Source: Acidimicrobiia bacterium
Lineage (GTDB): Bacteria; Actinomycetota; Acidimicrobiia; Spongiisociales; ZC4RG35
Direction: 5' to 3'
Length of the DNA stretch: 59,394 nucleotides
Assembly: GCA_035250025.1 (NCBI GenBank)
Contig: DATFFO010000082.1
Span: forward strand, 1-59,394
Made by a program: the position numbers and the translations under genes. Shown here in pieces: positions 8,689 through 16,682 of the stretch. The stretch's first letter is position 1. Each line of letters begins with the position of its first letter. The notes beneath the pieces are model-generated. The model did no database searches. It saw only the letters and a program-made list of their open reading frames with translations, and was not told the DNA's origin.

Positions 8689-11214
8689 TCACCGGTCCCG
8701 CCTGCGATGCCAGCGCTCCCACAGAACGAGCATCGACGGCAGCACCCCGATGGCAGCGAACAACGCCAGGCCGATGGCGAAGAACGTCACCTGGCCCATC
8801 TGCTTGAAGGGAACCAGGGTCGAGGTCATCAGGATGCCGAAGCCGGCCATGGTGGTGAAGGCCGAGCCGGCGAGGGCGCCCCCGGTATGGGTCGTGGTCG
8901 AGCGGATCGCCTCCTCGATGTCGTCGAACTCGAGGCGGTCCTCCTCGAAGCGGCGCGCCAGGTGGATGGTGAACGGCACCCCGATGCCGATGGCCAGGGC
9001 GGCGAGCGTGGCGGTGACCGGGCCGAACGGGATCCCGGCGGCGTACATGAGTCCGTAGGTCCACAGCACGACAAGTGCCACCGGCGCCATTGTGATGACA
9101 CCGAGGAACGGCCGGCGATTGCGGATCCAGAAGAAGACGATGAGGACGACCGTTGCAGCCGCCAGCGTGAGGAACAACGAAGAGCTCTGCGAGGCGGTGA
9201 GTGCATTGACGACGACGTCGGAGATGATGTTCTGGCTGGTGGCTATCGCCGTCGCCCCGGTCGTCTCGAGCCCGGCGAAGGTCTCCTCCAGGCCAGCCCG
9301 CAACTCCGGCACCTCGCCCTCCCCGGCGGTGGTACGAACATCGAACAGGACCGCATCGAGCGTGTCGCCGGCGTAGTGGGTGACGGCTGCCATCTGCTCG
9401 GGCTCGGCAGCCGCCAGGGCGGAATAGAGGGGCCTGACATCGATCCCCTCCGCCACCTTGAGATCCTGCCCCATCCCCGCCGCTTGCACGGCCGCGAGCA
9501 CCTCGGCCGGTGCCGCCTCGGGACCGCCGATGAACATCTGCTGGAGCACACCTATGGGCGAGGTGACATTCGCGACCGGCCCCTGCGGGGTGTCGAAGGT
9601 CGAAACGTGTTCGAGTCGACCCAGCCCGGCGCCGGCGTCCACCATCAGGTTGTGGATATCACCGGTAGCGAGGTCCTGGCCGTCACCCGCCTCGATGAGG
9701 ACCTGGGTCTGCTCCCCGAACCCTCCACCGAACTCATCTGTGAGGATCTCGAGCGTCTCGATGGCGGGAGCGTCCTCGGGCAGGAAGTCGGTGAACGAGA
9801 AACGCGTCTCCAATTGCGTGTAGCCATACCAGCCGAGAGCGCCGAGGGCGACGGCGACGGCGAGGGCGACGGCCGGCAGCCGCTCGGCGATGACTGCGGT
9901 CCTCCCCATCATCTGCGGGAGCAGGCGCTCGCCTTGTTCCCCCATCGCCTCGACCGGTAGCCGGCCATTCGTTTCCGCACGCCGGTCAAGGAGAAGTCTG
10001 ACGGCGGGAACGAAGGTCATCATCAACAGGAAGGAGAAGAAGATCCCCAGGGCGGCCAGGATCCCGAAGTCGGCGAGTGCGGGCACGGGGCTGCTGAGGT
10101 TGGTCAGGAATCCGATGACGGTGGTCAGCGTGGCCAGGACGAGGGCGACACCCGATGTGGAAATCGAACGGGTCATGCTCTCGTCGACTGACTCGCCCTC
10201 CCCGGCCTCCTCCCGGTAGCGGCTGATGAGGTGGATGCCATAGTCGACGCCGAGGCCGATGACCAGGATCGGGACGATCTGCGTCGGGGCCGAGAAGGCC
10301 GACAGGATGCCCGCCTTCTCCAACAGGACACCGGCGCCCTGCATCATGCCGATGGCCATGAAGATGGTCAGCATCGTCAGGGCCATGTCGGCCAGGGCCC
10401 GACGAACGCTCCGCCCGCGCGTGGTGTTGCCGCGGGGCCGAAGCCAGTACACGAACAGCAGGATGACCACGATGATGATCCCGGCGAAGGTGAACAGGCG
10501 CCCCACCTCGCTGGTGAAGTCGTCGATGCCTGAGAACAGCAGGTTGAAGCTGAAGGGCCGGATCTCGACCTCGCTGTCGATCGTCTCGAGCTCGTCTGCG
10601 ATCCGCGTCTCCAGCTCGGTCTGGGCGTCCATCACTTCAACGGCGTCGCCCTCGCCACCCCGGAAGAAAGCCAGCACGATGGCCGCCTCGGCGGAAGCCG
10701 AAGCCGGGTCGCCGTCCTCGGAGAGAAGCCCGGTGACAAACCCGGCCTGCTCGGGTGGCATGGCCGACACCGCCGACTGGTAGATCTGGTCGACGACGTC
10801 GTCGTCGAGTTGGTCGAGGGGCAGGCCCTCGAGTTGGGCCGCCTGAACGACAGGCGCCAGGAACGAGACGACCCCGGGCCGCTGGGTCGTCTCGGACAGC
10901 ATGTCCCCGCCGACTCGGCGGATGGCCTCCTCGACCGCCACCGCCGCCTCCAGGCCGGCGCCGGAGATGACGTCGCCGCCCGGATCCCGGATCACGACCT
11001 GGACCACAGCCTCCTGCTCGGTGCCGAACAGCTCCGAGATCCTCTCCAGAGCCTGGATCTCCGCGTTGTCCGGGGCGAACCCTTCGTTGCCTGTGGCGAC
11101 GACCACCTGGCTGGCAAAGGGGCTGAGGATGGAGGCCAGGACGACTGAGGCGATGATCACCGCCCAGGGGAAGCGGCGCACGGCAGCGGCGAAGAAGTTG
11201 ACGATTGCTGTCAC
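8689..11214 (-). CDS. MMPL/RND-superfamily membrane transporter
   Basis: 841 aa with two 6-TM bundles, each followed or preceded by a large soluble loop, which is the typical MMPL layout. Confidence 0.88.
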   Translation of the reverse strand: MTAIVNFFAAAVRRFPWAVIIASVVLASILSPFASQVVVATGNEGFAPDNAEIQALERISELFGTEQEAVVQVVIRDPGGDVISGAGLEAAVAVEEAIRRVGGDMLSETTQRPGVVSFLAPVVQAAQLEGLPLDQLDDDVVDQIYQSAVSAMPPEQAGFVTGLLSEDGDPASASAEAAIVLAFFRGGEGDAVEVMDAQTELETRIADELETIDSEVEIRPFSFNLLFSGIDDFTSEVGRLFTFAGIIIVVILLFVYWLRPRGNTTRGRSVRRALADMALTMLTIFMAIGMMQGAGVLLEKAGILSAFSAPTQIVPILVIGLGVDYGIHLISRYREEAGEGESVDESMTRSISTSGVALVLATLTTVIGFLTNLSSPVPALADFGILAALGIFFSFLLMMTFVPAVRLLLDRRAETNGRLPVEAMGEQGERLLPQMMGRTAVIAERLPAVALAVAVALGALGWYGYTQLETRFSFTDFLPEDAPAIETLEILTDEFGGGFGEQTQVLIEAGDGQDLATGDIHNLMVDAGAGLGRLEHVSTFDTPQGPVANVTSPIGVLQQMFIGGPEAAPAEVLAAVQAAGMGQDLKVAEGIDVRPLYSALAAAEPEQMAAVTHYAGDTLDAVLFDVRTTAGEGEVPELRAGLEETFAGLETTGATAIATSQNIISDVVVNALTASQSSSLFLTLAAATVVLIVFFWIRNRRPFLGVITMAPVALVVLWTYGLMYAAGIPFGPVTATLAALAIGIGVPFTIHLARRFEEDRLEFDDIEEAIRSTTTHTGGALAGSAFTTMAGFGILMTSTLVPFKQMGQVTFFAIGLALFAAIGVLPSMLVLWERWHRRRDR

Positions 11215-11315
11215 AGCAAGCGCTCCTGGATCAGAAGGGAGGTGGGACCGGGAGTAAATCTATTGATCGGTGGAAAGCCTGAGAAATCGACCGTACCCCT
11301 CCCGCGAGGAGAGGG

Positions 11316-12401
11316 TTAGCCGCCCGCGGCCTCGACCTCGTCGAGCGCCGCCAGGAAGAGGGTGTTCTCGTCGTCGCTTCCCACCGTTACCCGGACCCAT
11401 TCGTTGCCGAAGGTGCGCACGATCACCCCCGACCGGACATAGGCGGTGGCAGGGTCGGGGACGCCCGAGCGGAACCACACGAAGTTGGCCTGACTGTCGG
11501 CATGCGGCAATCCCCGGTCCTCGAGGCCGTCGAGGATCCGTCCCCGCCCGCGGGCGTTGTCCTCGATTCGCGCGGCCAGCAGGGCGGCATTGCCCAGGGA
11601 GGCGGCCGCCGCAGCCTGACCCACCTGGGTCACAGTGAAGGGGGCTTGTGCCCGTCGCATGTCGGCGATCGTGGTCGGATGGGTGACGGCGTAGCCCACC
11701 CGCAGCGAAGCCAGGGCATACACCTTGGAGAAGGTTCGGGTGACGATCAGGTTGGGTCGCTCGACAGCCAGTTCGGCCATCGACGAGTAGTCGGCCGCGG
11801 TCGCGAACTCGAAGTAGGCCTCGTCCACGACCACAGTGACCCGGTCCGGCAGCCCGTCGAGGAACGACTCGACATCAGCGGTGGGGAGATGAGTCCCGGT
11901 GGGATTGTTCGGGTTGCAAACGAAGACCAGGGTCGTCTCGTCGTCGACTGCCTCGGCGAGCGCGGCGAGATCAAAGCGGTGGTCTTCGTCGAGGGGCACC
12001 TCGCGACGCTCGCTCATCGACCACATCGCCCCGAGCCGGTAGATCACAAACGACGGCCATCCATAGACGAAATTGGTTCCCGGGCCACCGAGGGCGACGG
12101 CGATGGACCGCAACAGGTCGGACGAGCCGCCTCCGATCCAGATGGCGGCGGGATCGAGGCCGAGATGCTTGGCCAGCGACTCGCGTAACTCGTAGCCCTC
12201 GTTGTCGGGATAGCGGTTGGTCGTCAGGGCGGCCCGGCCGATGGCCTCGATGGCTTCCGGAAACGGGCCCCATGGGCTCTCGTTCGAAGCCAGCTTGATG
12301 ATGTCGCCGGGATCCAATCCGTGGCGACGGGCCACCTCCTCGATCGGAAGCCCCGGCTCGTAGGGGGCGATCTGGGCGAGGCCCGGTCGATACATCGGCA
12401 T
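11316..12401 (-). CDS. hisC: histidinol-phosphate aminotransferase
   Basis: Start at ATG 12401 (MPMYRPGLAQIAPYEPG...). Class-II aminotransferase PLP lysine region is RTFSKVYALASLRVGY. Confidence 0.9.
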   Translation of the reverse strand: MPMYRPGLAQIAPYEPGLPIEEVARRHGLDPGDIIKLASNESPWGPFPEAIEAIGRAALTTNRYPDNEGYELRESLAKHLGLDPAAIWIGGGSSDLLRSIAVALGGPGTNFVYGWPSFVIYRLGAMWSMSERREVPLDEDHRFDLAALAEAVDDETTLVFVCNPNNPTGTHLPTADVESFLDGLPDRVTVVVDEAYFEFATAADYSSMAELAVERPNLIVTRTFSKVYALASLRVGYAVTHPTTIADMRRAQAPFTVTQVGQAAAAASLGNAALLAARIEDNARGRGRILDGLEDRGLPHADSQANFVWFRSGVPDPATAYVRSGVIVRTFGNEWVRVTVGSDDENTLFLAALDEVEAAGG

Positions 12402-12426
12402 CGCCGCCAAGGTTACCCGGGCGTCT

Positions 12427-14982
12427 TCACCACCGTCCGTGGCACTGGAGGGCGCCCAGGACGGGGGCCAGGGGGTGGCCCTGGTCCAGGGTCCTCCTGG
12501 CGGCGTCAAGAGCCTCGGCCGGCCGGGTCCCCGTTCTCAGCTCGCGATGGAACGCGACCATGACGTCGCCCACGACCTCGTGGTCGGGAACCAGCAGCGA
12601 CGAGGCGATGACGGTCCGGACCCCGGCGGCGATCAGCGCCGTGACCGCTCCCAGCCCCTCCCCGGCTGACACCGCCGCCGATGCGCCCAGGTCGCAGGCG
12701 CTGAGCACCATCATGCTCGGAGGGCGGGCCAGCCGTTCCAGCTCATGAAGGAAGAGCGACCCACCGGCGAGGGCGAGCGACGAGAAGAGCGGGCTGTCGC
12801 CCCGGAAGGTCCCGTGGCAGACGAGATGCCCCACGTCGGCACCGTCGAGCGCGCCGAGGGCGTGCTCGACGTCCGCCCCCGCTCCCAGGACGACGGCCCG
12901 GTCGTATTCGCCCGCCACCCGCCTCGCCTCCGACTCGGCATGGAGCAGGCCCGTCCCGACCAGGCAGGCGACCGCTCCCGGGGTGGAGGCCTCCCCGGCC
13001 AGCGCGGCCGTGGCCGAAGGAGCCACGGAGACGATCCGGTCGGCAAGGCCGGGAAGCATTGCCCAGGGCAGGGCGTAGAGGGAGGGAGGGGGCACGACAA
13101 CGAGCGTTTCTACGGAAGCCGGCACGCGACCCAGATCGAGCGGCACCGCACGGAGGTCGGCCGCCGCCGCCCCGGCCTGGGCCTCGCCCGGACGGCGGGC
13201 GGCCCGGCCCAGCGACCTGAGCACCCGTTGCTGGGCAGCGATCGCAGCGGTCTCCGCCCCGAACTCGATCTCCCGGGCATGGCCCCGGTGCAGCAGGACA
13301 CCGAACACCTGGCCCGCCGATACCGCCAGCTCCAGGATGGCTTCCCCCGGCTCCAGCCGATCGAGAGCCTCCACCGCCCGGGCGCCCCGCGAATGGCCGC
13401 CGTCGCCGCGAAGGGCCCGGGCCCGATGCCGGATTCGCGCTTCCAGCCGCCCCCGCTGGCGGAATAGCTCCTCGAGGTCCGGGCCCGGTCGGAGGGCGAC
13501 CGCCGAGCGCTCCAACGACCGCAGCTCGGCGACGAGGGATGCCGAGACCTCGTCTCCAGGGGCGGTTACGCGGGGAAGGCGCAGCGATCCGGCCCGGGCC
13601 CGCTCGATCCATTCGAAGACCCGGCGGGGACGCCCCGCCGACCGCGTCAGCTCCAGGGCGAGGGAAGCCAGCCCGTCGAGGCTGCGGCTGGCATAGGCCC
13701 GGGCTTCCGATCCACCCAGTGCCGCGCTCATATCCTCGACAGCGTTCATGCCCCGGGAGGAGGCACGAAGCGCCTCCCGTCGGCGTCCGAGACTGCGATG
13801 GACCTCGGCCCGAGCCAGCCATGCCGCCGCCGCCGACTGGGGACGGAGACGGCCGGTGACCAACCGTTGGGCGACGTCGTCGACCTCGGCTGCCCGGCCC
13901 TGCCCGGCGGCAGTCGTGATCGCCCGGGCCCGGAAGTCCTGGGCCGGCGATGAAAAGCCATGGGCCTCGAGTTCCTCCGCCAGTTCCAGGAGCGCGCCGG
14001 TTGGGACCGCGGCCGGATCGACCGCCACCAGGGCGCCAGTGGCCAGCGAGCGAGCATACGTAGCCCACCCGGGCCGTTCCTGAGCCAGGAACTCCTCGGC
14101 GGCGGCGGAAGCGACAGCCCCGGCCTCCGCCCAGTCGGACCTCACCAACAGGGCCTGAGCGAGCTTGAGCTTGGCCTCGGTGGCCGCGGTGGCGTGACCC
14201 GACGCCGCCAGGGCCTCCGCCGAGGCCCGAGTGGCCGCCACCGCCTCGTCGACAAACCCGGCGCTGAGGAGGGCGTCGGCCCGGTCGCGCCACAACTCGG
14301 CCGTGCCCAGCCTCGCCAACCGGGTGGCCGCCTCCTCGTAGTACTCGAAAGCGGCCGGCAGGTCACCGGCAACGCTGGCGACCCACCCCAGGTTCTGGAA
14401 ACCCGTCGCCACGCCCCGGGCGTGCCCGGCGTCCCGATCGAGTTCGATGGAGCGGTTGATCGCCTGGCGCGCCTCGCCTGTCCGGCCCAGGGCGGCCAGG
14501 GTCAGCCCGAGGTTCGTTTCCAACCGGGACCACCACACGGCGTCTCCCGGATCGAGCGTGGTGCGGGCACTCTCCAGAGCATCGAGCGCCTCGGCGTACC
14601 TTCCCAGGCGATATAGCGAGGCACCCAGCTGGACTCCCGCCTCGCTGCCCACTCCTGCCCGCGACGAGGCGCGGCGAAGGAGGCTGAGGCCCCGTTCGGT
14701 GTTCCCGCCCCAAACCGTCAGGGCTCCCGCCGTCATCTCCACGCCGCCGACCACGTCGTCCTCGGTCGGGGCCTGCGCCAGCGCCCGCTCGATCGTGTCG
14801 AGCGCCAGGTCCATCTTCTCGAGGTGGGCATAGGCGAGCGCCCGGGCCCGGAGAGCGATGGCGACCGGTGTCGGGTCGGCAGCGGCTGCCAGTTCGTCGA
14901 GGAGCGACTCCGCCGCCAACACGGCATCCGGATCGGTGTCGACGAGGGAGAGAAGCGCCTCGGCGTCGGGTCGTCCGGCCAT
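12427..14982 (-). CDS. TPR-repeat protein with C-terminal CHAT (caspase-like) peptidase domain
   Basis: Start set at ATG 14982 (MAGRPDAEALL...), because the upstream ORF-track extension overlaps the divergent gene. The N-terminal half consists of Ala/Leu-rich TPR-like helical repeats. The C-terminus has the CHAT His/Cys dyad (HLVCHGTF, MVLSACDLG). No P-loop was seen. Confidence 0.85.
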   Translation of the reverse strand: MAGRPDAEALLSLVDTDPDAVLAAESLLDELAAAADPTPVAIALRARALAYAHLEKMDLALDTIERALAQAPTEDDVVGGVEMTAGALTVWGGNTERGLSLLRRASSRAGVGSEAGVQLGASLYRLGRYAEALDALESARTTLDPGDAVWWSRLETNLGLTLAALGRTGEARQAINRSIELDRDAGHARGVATGFQNLGWVASVAGDLPAAFEYYEEAATRLARLGTAELWRDRADALLSAGFVDEAVAATRASAEALAASGHATAATEAKLKLAQALLVRSDWAEAGAVASAAAEEFLAQERPGWATYARSLATGALVAVDPAAVPTGALLELAEELEAHGFSSPAQDFRARAITTAAGQGRAAEVDDVAQRLVTGRLRPQSAAAAWLARAEVHRSLGRRREALRASSRGMNAVEDMSAALGGSEARAYASRSLDGLASLALELTRSAGRPRRVFEWIERARAGSLRLPRVTAPGDEVSASLVAELRSLERSAVALRPGPDLEELFRQRGRLEARIRHRARALRGDGGHSRGARAVEALDRLEPGEAILELAVSAGQVFGVLLHRGHAREIEFGAETAAIAAQQRVLRSLGRAARRPGEAQAGAAAADLRAVPLDLGRVPASVETLVVVPPPSLYALPWAMLPGLADRIVSVAPSATAALAGEASTPGAVACLVGTGLLHAESEARRVAGEYDRAVVLGAGADVEHALGALDGADVGHLVCHGTFRGDSPLFSSLALAGGSLFLHELERLARPPSMMVLSACDLGASAAVSAGEGLGAVTALIAAGVRTVIASSLLVPDHEVVGDVMVAFHRELRTGTRPAEALDAARRTLDQGHPLAPVLGALQCHGRW

Positions 14983-15070
14983 GGGAGGAGTGTGGCAGCT
15001 AGCTTTGTCCGTATCAGGGCCGGTCGACCCCGGCTCACTCAATCGTCCCCTCCCTGGCAGGAGAAGCAGC

Positions 15071-16288
15071 TTGAAGTCCAGTGATCCAGCTCGCGATCCG
15101 GCGGTATTCGTTTCCCGACGGCTGAAGAGCCTCGACCGTCTCAATGTCGGCCGGTGGCCGTTCTTCGAGCCGGGCGAGGAGACCCACGACGGTGTCGTCC
15201 TCTATCGCCCGACCGAGCTCGTCGCCTGCACCGAGACGACGGGATTCGTCCGGGAGCAGTTGGGCCGGCGATTCGGCAAGACCGTCGAGGAGAACCGCCG
15301 ACCTGACTTCACGATCTTCACGCTTCCGGAGGGGGTCGACTCGCTCGATCTCGCCAGCCGGATCAGGTGCCAGGACGCCAACGTGGCGCCCCACCCGGTG
15401 CTCAGCCTCGCCCAGGGCGTGCCCCGAATCGGCCCCGGTGACGACCCCCGTCCCCATGACGCTGCCGAGAGCCCCGCCGGGAAGGCGCTGACGAACGGAT
15501 ATGGCGTCGCCATCGTCGACACCGGTGTCTTGAAGGAGGCGGCGCCTGGTCCCGTGGCGACGGCGGTCATCGACAGACCGGACGTCGAGAACCCGACCAA
15601 GGTCATCGACTGGCATGGCGCCGCCCACGGCACATTCATCCAGGGGATCTTCAACCGCCGTTCGCCGGGGGTGACTGTGTCGCACTCCAAGGCGGTCGCC
15701 GACTCCGGTCTGGTGACGCTCGACAGCTTTATCGAGGCCACGGATGGCGCATTGAAGGCGTGCCCGGACGTGCTCAACCTCTCGTTGGGGATGTACGCCG
15801 CCCCCGGGTTGGGGATCCCGGGCTTGAAGGCTGCCGTGAGGAGATGGATCGAGGCCTGCAGGAAGGAGGGCAAGGAACTCCTGATTGCCGCCGCAGCCGG
15901 CAATGACGCCAAGTCGCAGCGCTTCTTTCCGGCCGGCTTCTCCGATGATGCCGAAGTCGGCCACGCCATCATGTCGGTCGGCGCCCTGGATCAACCCGAT
16001 GAGAACGGGGAGCAGCGGCCGGCCGTCTTCTCCAACTACGGGAACTGGGTCAACGCCTGGGCGCCGGGCGTCGACCTGGTGAGCGATTACGTCGGCAACG
16101 GCCTCGAGTTCTTGTACGGCGACGACTCGACTCTCCCGTTCCATGGCTGCGCCCAGTGGTCGGGCACCTCGTTCGCCACGCCGCACGCCGCCGCCGCCGT
16201 CTTGCAGTACGCCGACGCACACGGAATGTCGCCGCAAGCCGCCTGGCACGCCATCCGCGGTGGCCGCCCCTGGGTGCTGTTCGACTGA
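15071..16288 (+). CDS. S8 subtilisin-like serine peptidase, no signal peptide
   Basis: Catalytic motifs AIVDTG, HGTFIQG, AAAGND and GTSFATPH. Proposed TTG start at 15071 has AGGAGA 6 nt upstream, but the start is uncertain. No hydrophobic N-terminus exists in any in-frame extension. Confidence 0.83.
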   Translation: MKSSDPARDPAVFVSRRLKSLDRLNVGRWPFFEPGEETHDGVVLYRPTELVACTETTGFVREQLGRRFGKTVEENRRPDFTIFTLPEGVDSLDLASRIRCQDANVAPHPVLSLAQGVPRIGPGDDPRPHDAAESPAGKALTNGYGVAIVDTGVLKEAAPGPVATAVIDRPDVENPTKVIDWHGAAHGTFIQGIFNRRSPGVTVSHSKAVADSGLVTLDSFIEATDGALKACPDVLNLSLGMYAAPGLGIPGLKAAVRRWIEACRKEGKELLIAAAAGNDAKSQRFFPAGFSDDAEVGHAIMSVGALDQPDENGEQRPAVFSNYGNWVNAWAPGVDLVSDYVGNGLEFLYGDDSTLPFHGCAQWSGTSFATPHAAAAVLQYADAHGMSPQAAWHAIRGGRPWVLFD

Positions 16289-16291
16289 AGC

Positions 16292-16658
16292 GACGGAAGT
16301 CGGAAGTTTGTCCCCCTGAGCTTTGTCCCCCTGAGCGAAGCGAAGGGGGAAGGGGCCCCCGCCGGAGGAGCGCAGCGGAGCCGGTGGGGTAGGGGGCAGT
16401 CGCTCCCAACAGGATTGGCTGTAGGGAGAGGTTCGCGACGGGTTCGCCCTGCCCTTCGGGCATCCCCCTACCTCCCACCTCCGCTTCGCTCCGGTGGCAG
16501 GAACCTTCCCCCACTTCGTGGGGGACAAAGGGTTCGCCCTGCCCTTCGGGCATCCCCCTACCTCCCACCTCCGCTTCGCTCCGGTGGCAGGGACCTTCCC
16601 CCACTTCGTGGGGGACAAAAGGGGCTTCCCCCATTTCGTGGGGGACAAAGGTTCGCCC
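16292..16658 (-). repeat. Family-1 repeat, inverted orientation, with 90-bp tandem duplication of the left-arm module
   Basis: Units 16441-16530 and 16531-16620 differ at about two positions, and a partial third unit occupies 16621-16658. Confidence 0.88.
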
Positions 16659-16682
16659 GCGTTCTGTGGCAGACTCGTATTC

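Noticed and set aside
7123-9960. 945-aa plus-strand ORF, with similar very long ORFs at 33732-35597(-), 15035-16732(-), 42094-43131(+, except its last 96 codons), 29722-30459(-) and others.
   Set aside because: They run antisense to, or out of frame with, genes that have clear family motifs. Their products are Arg/Gly/Pro/Asp-rich with no recognisable domains. Long spurious ORFs are expected on the opposite strand of very GC-rich coding DNA.
14980-14983. CCATGG where the CHAT ATG (minus) and a plus-strand ATG in the subtilase frame overlap back-to-back, suggesting a subtilase start at 14981.
   Set aside because: The first ~30 codons from that ATG have poor G/C third-position bias, and back-to-back starts would leave no promoter space. 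TTG 15071 with an AGGAGA Shine-Dalgarno sequence is more plausible, though unproven.
16494-16682. N-terminal 63 codons of the ORF-track version of the E1 gene, and repeat-encoded peptides such as SPTKWGKVPATGAKRRWEVGG that recur in several ORFs.
   Set aside because: The same DNA is read in different frames and on different strands at different loci. Copies are truncated at module boundaries rather than codon boundaries. This behaves as a DNA/RNA repeat, not as a conserved coding sequence.
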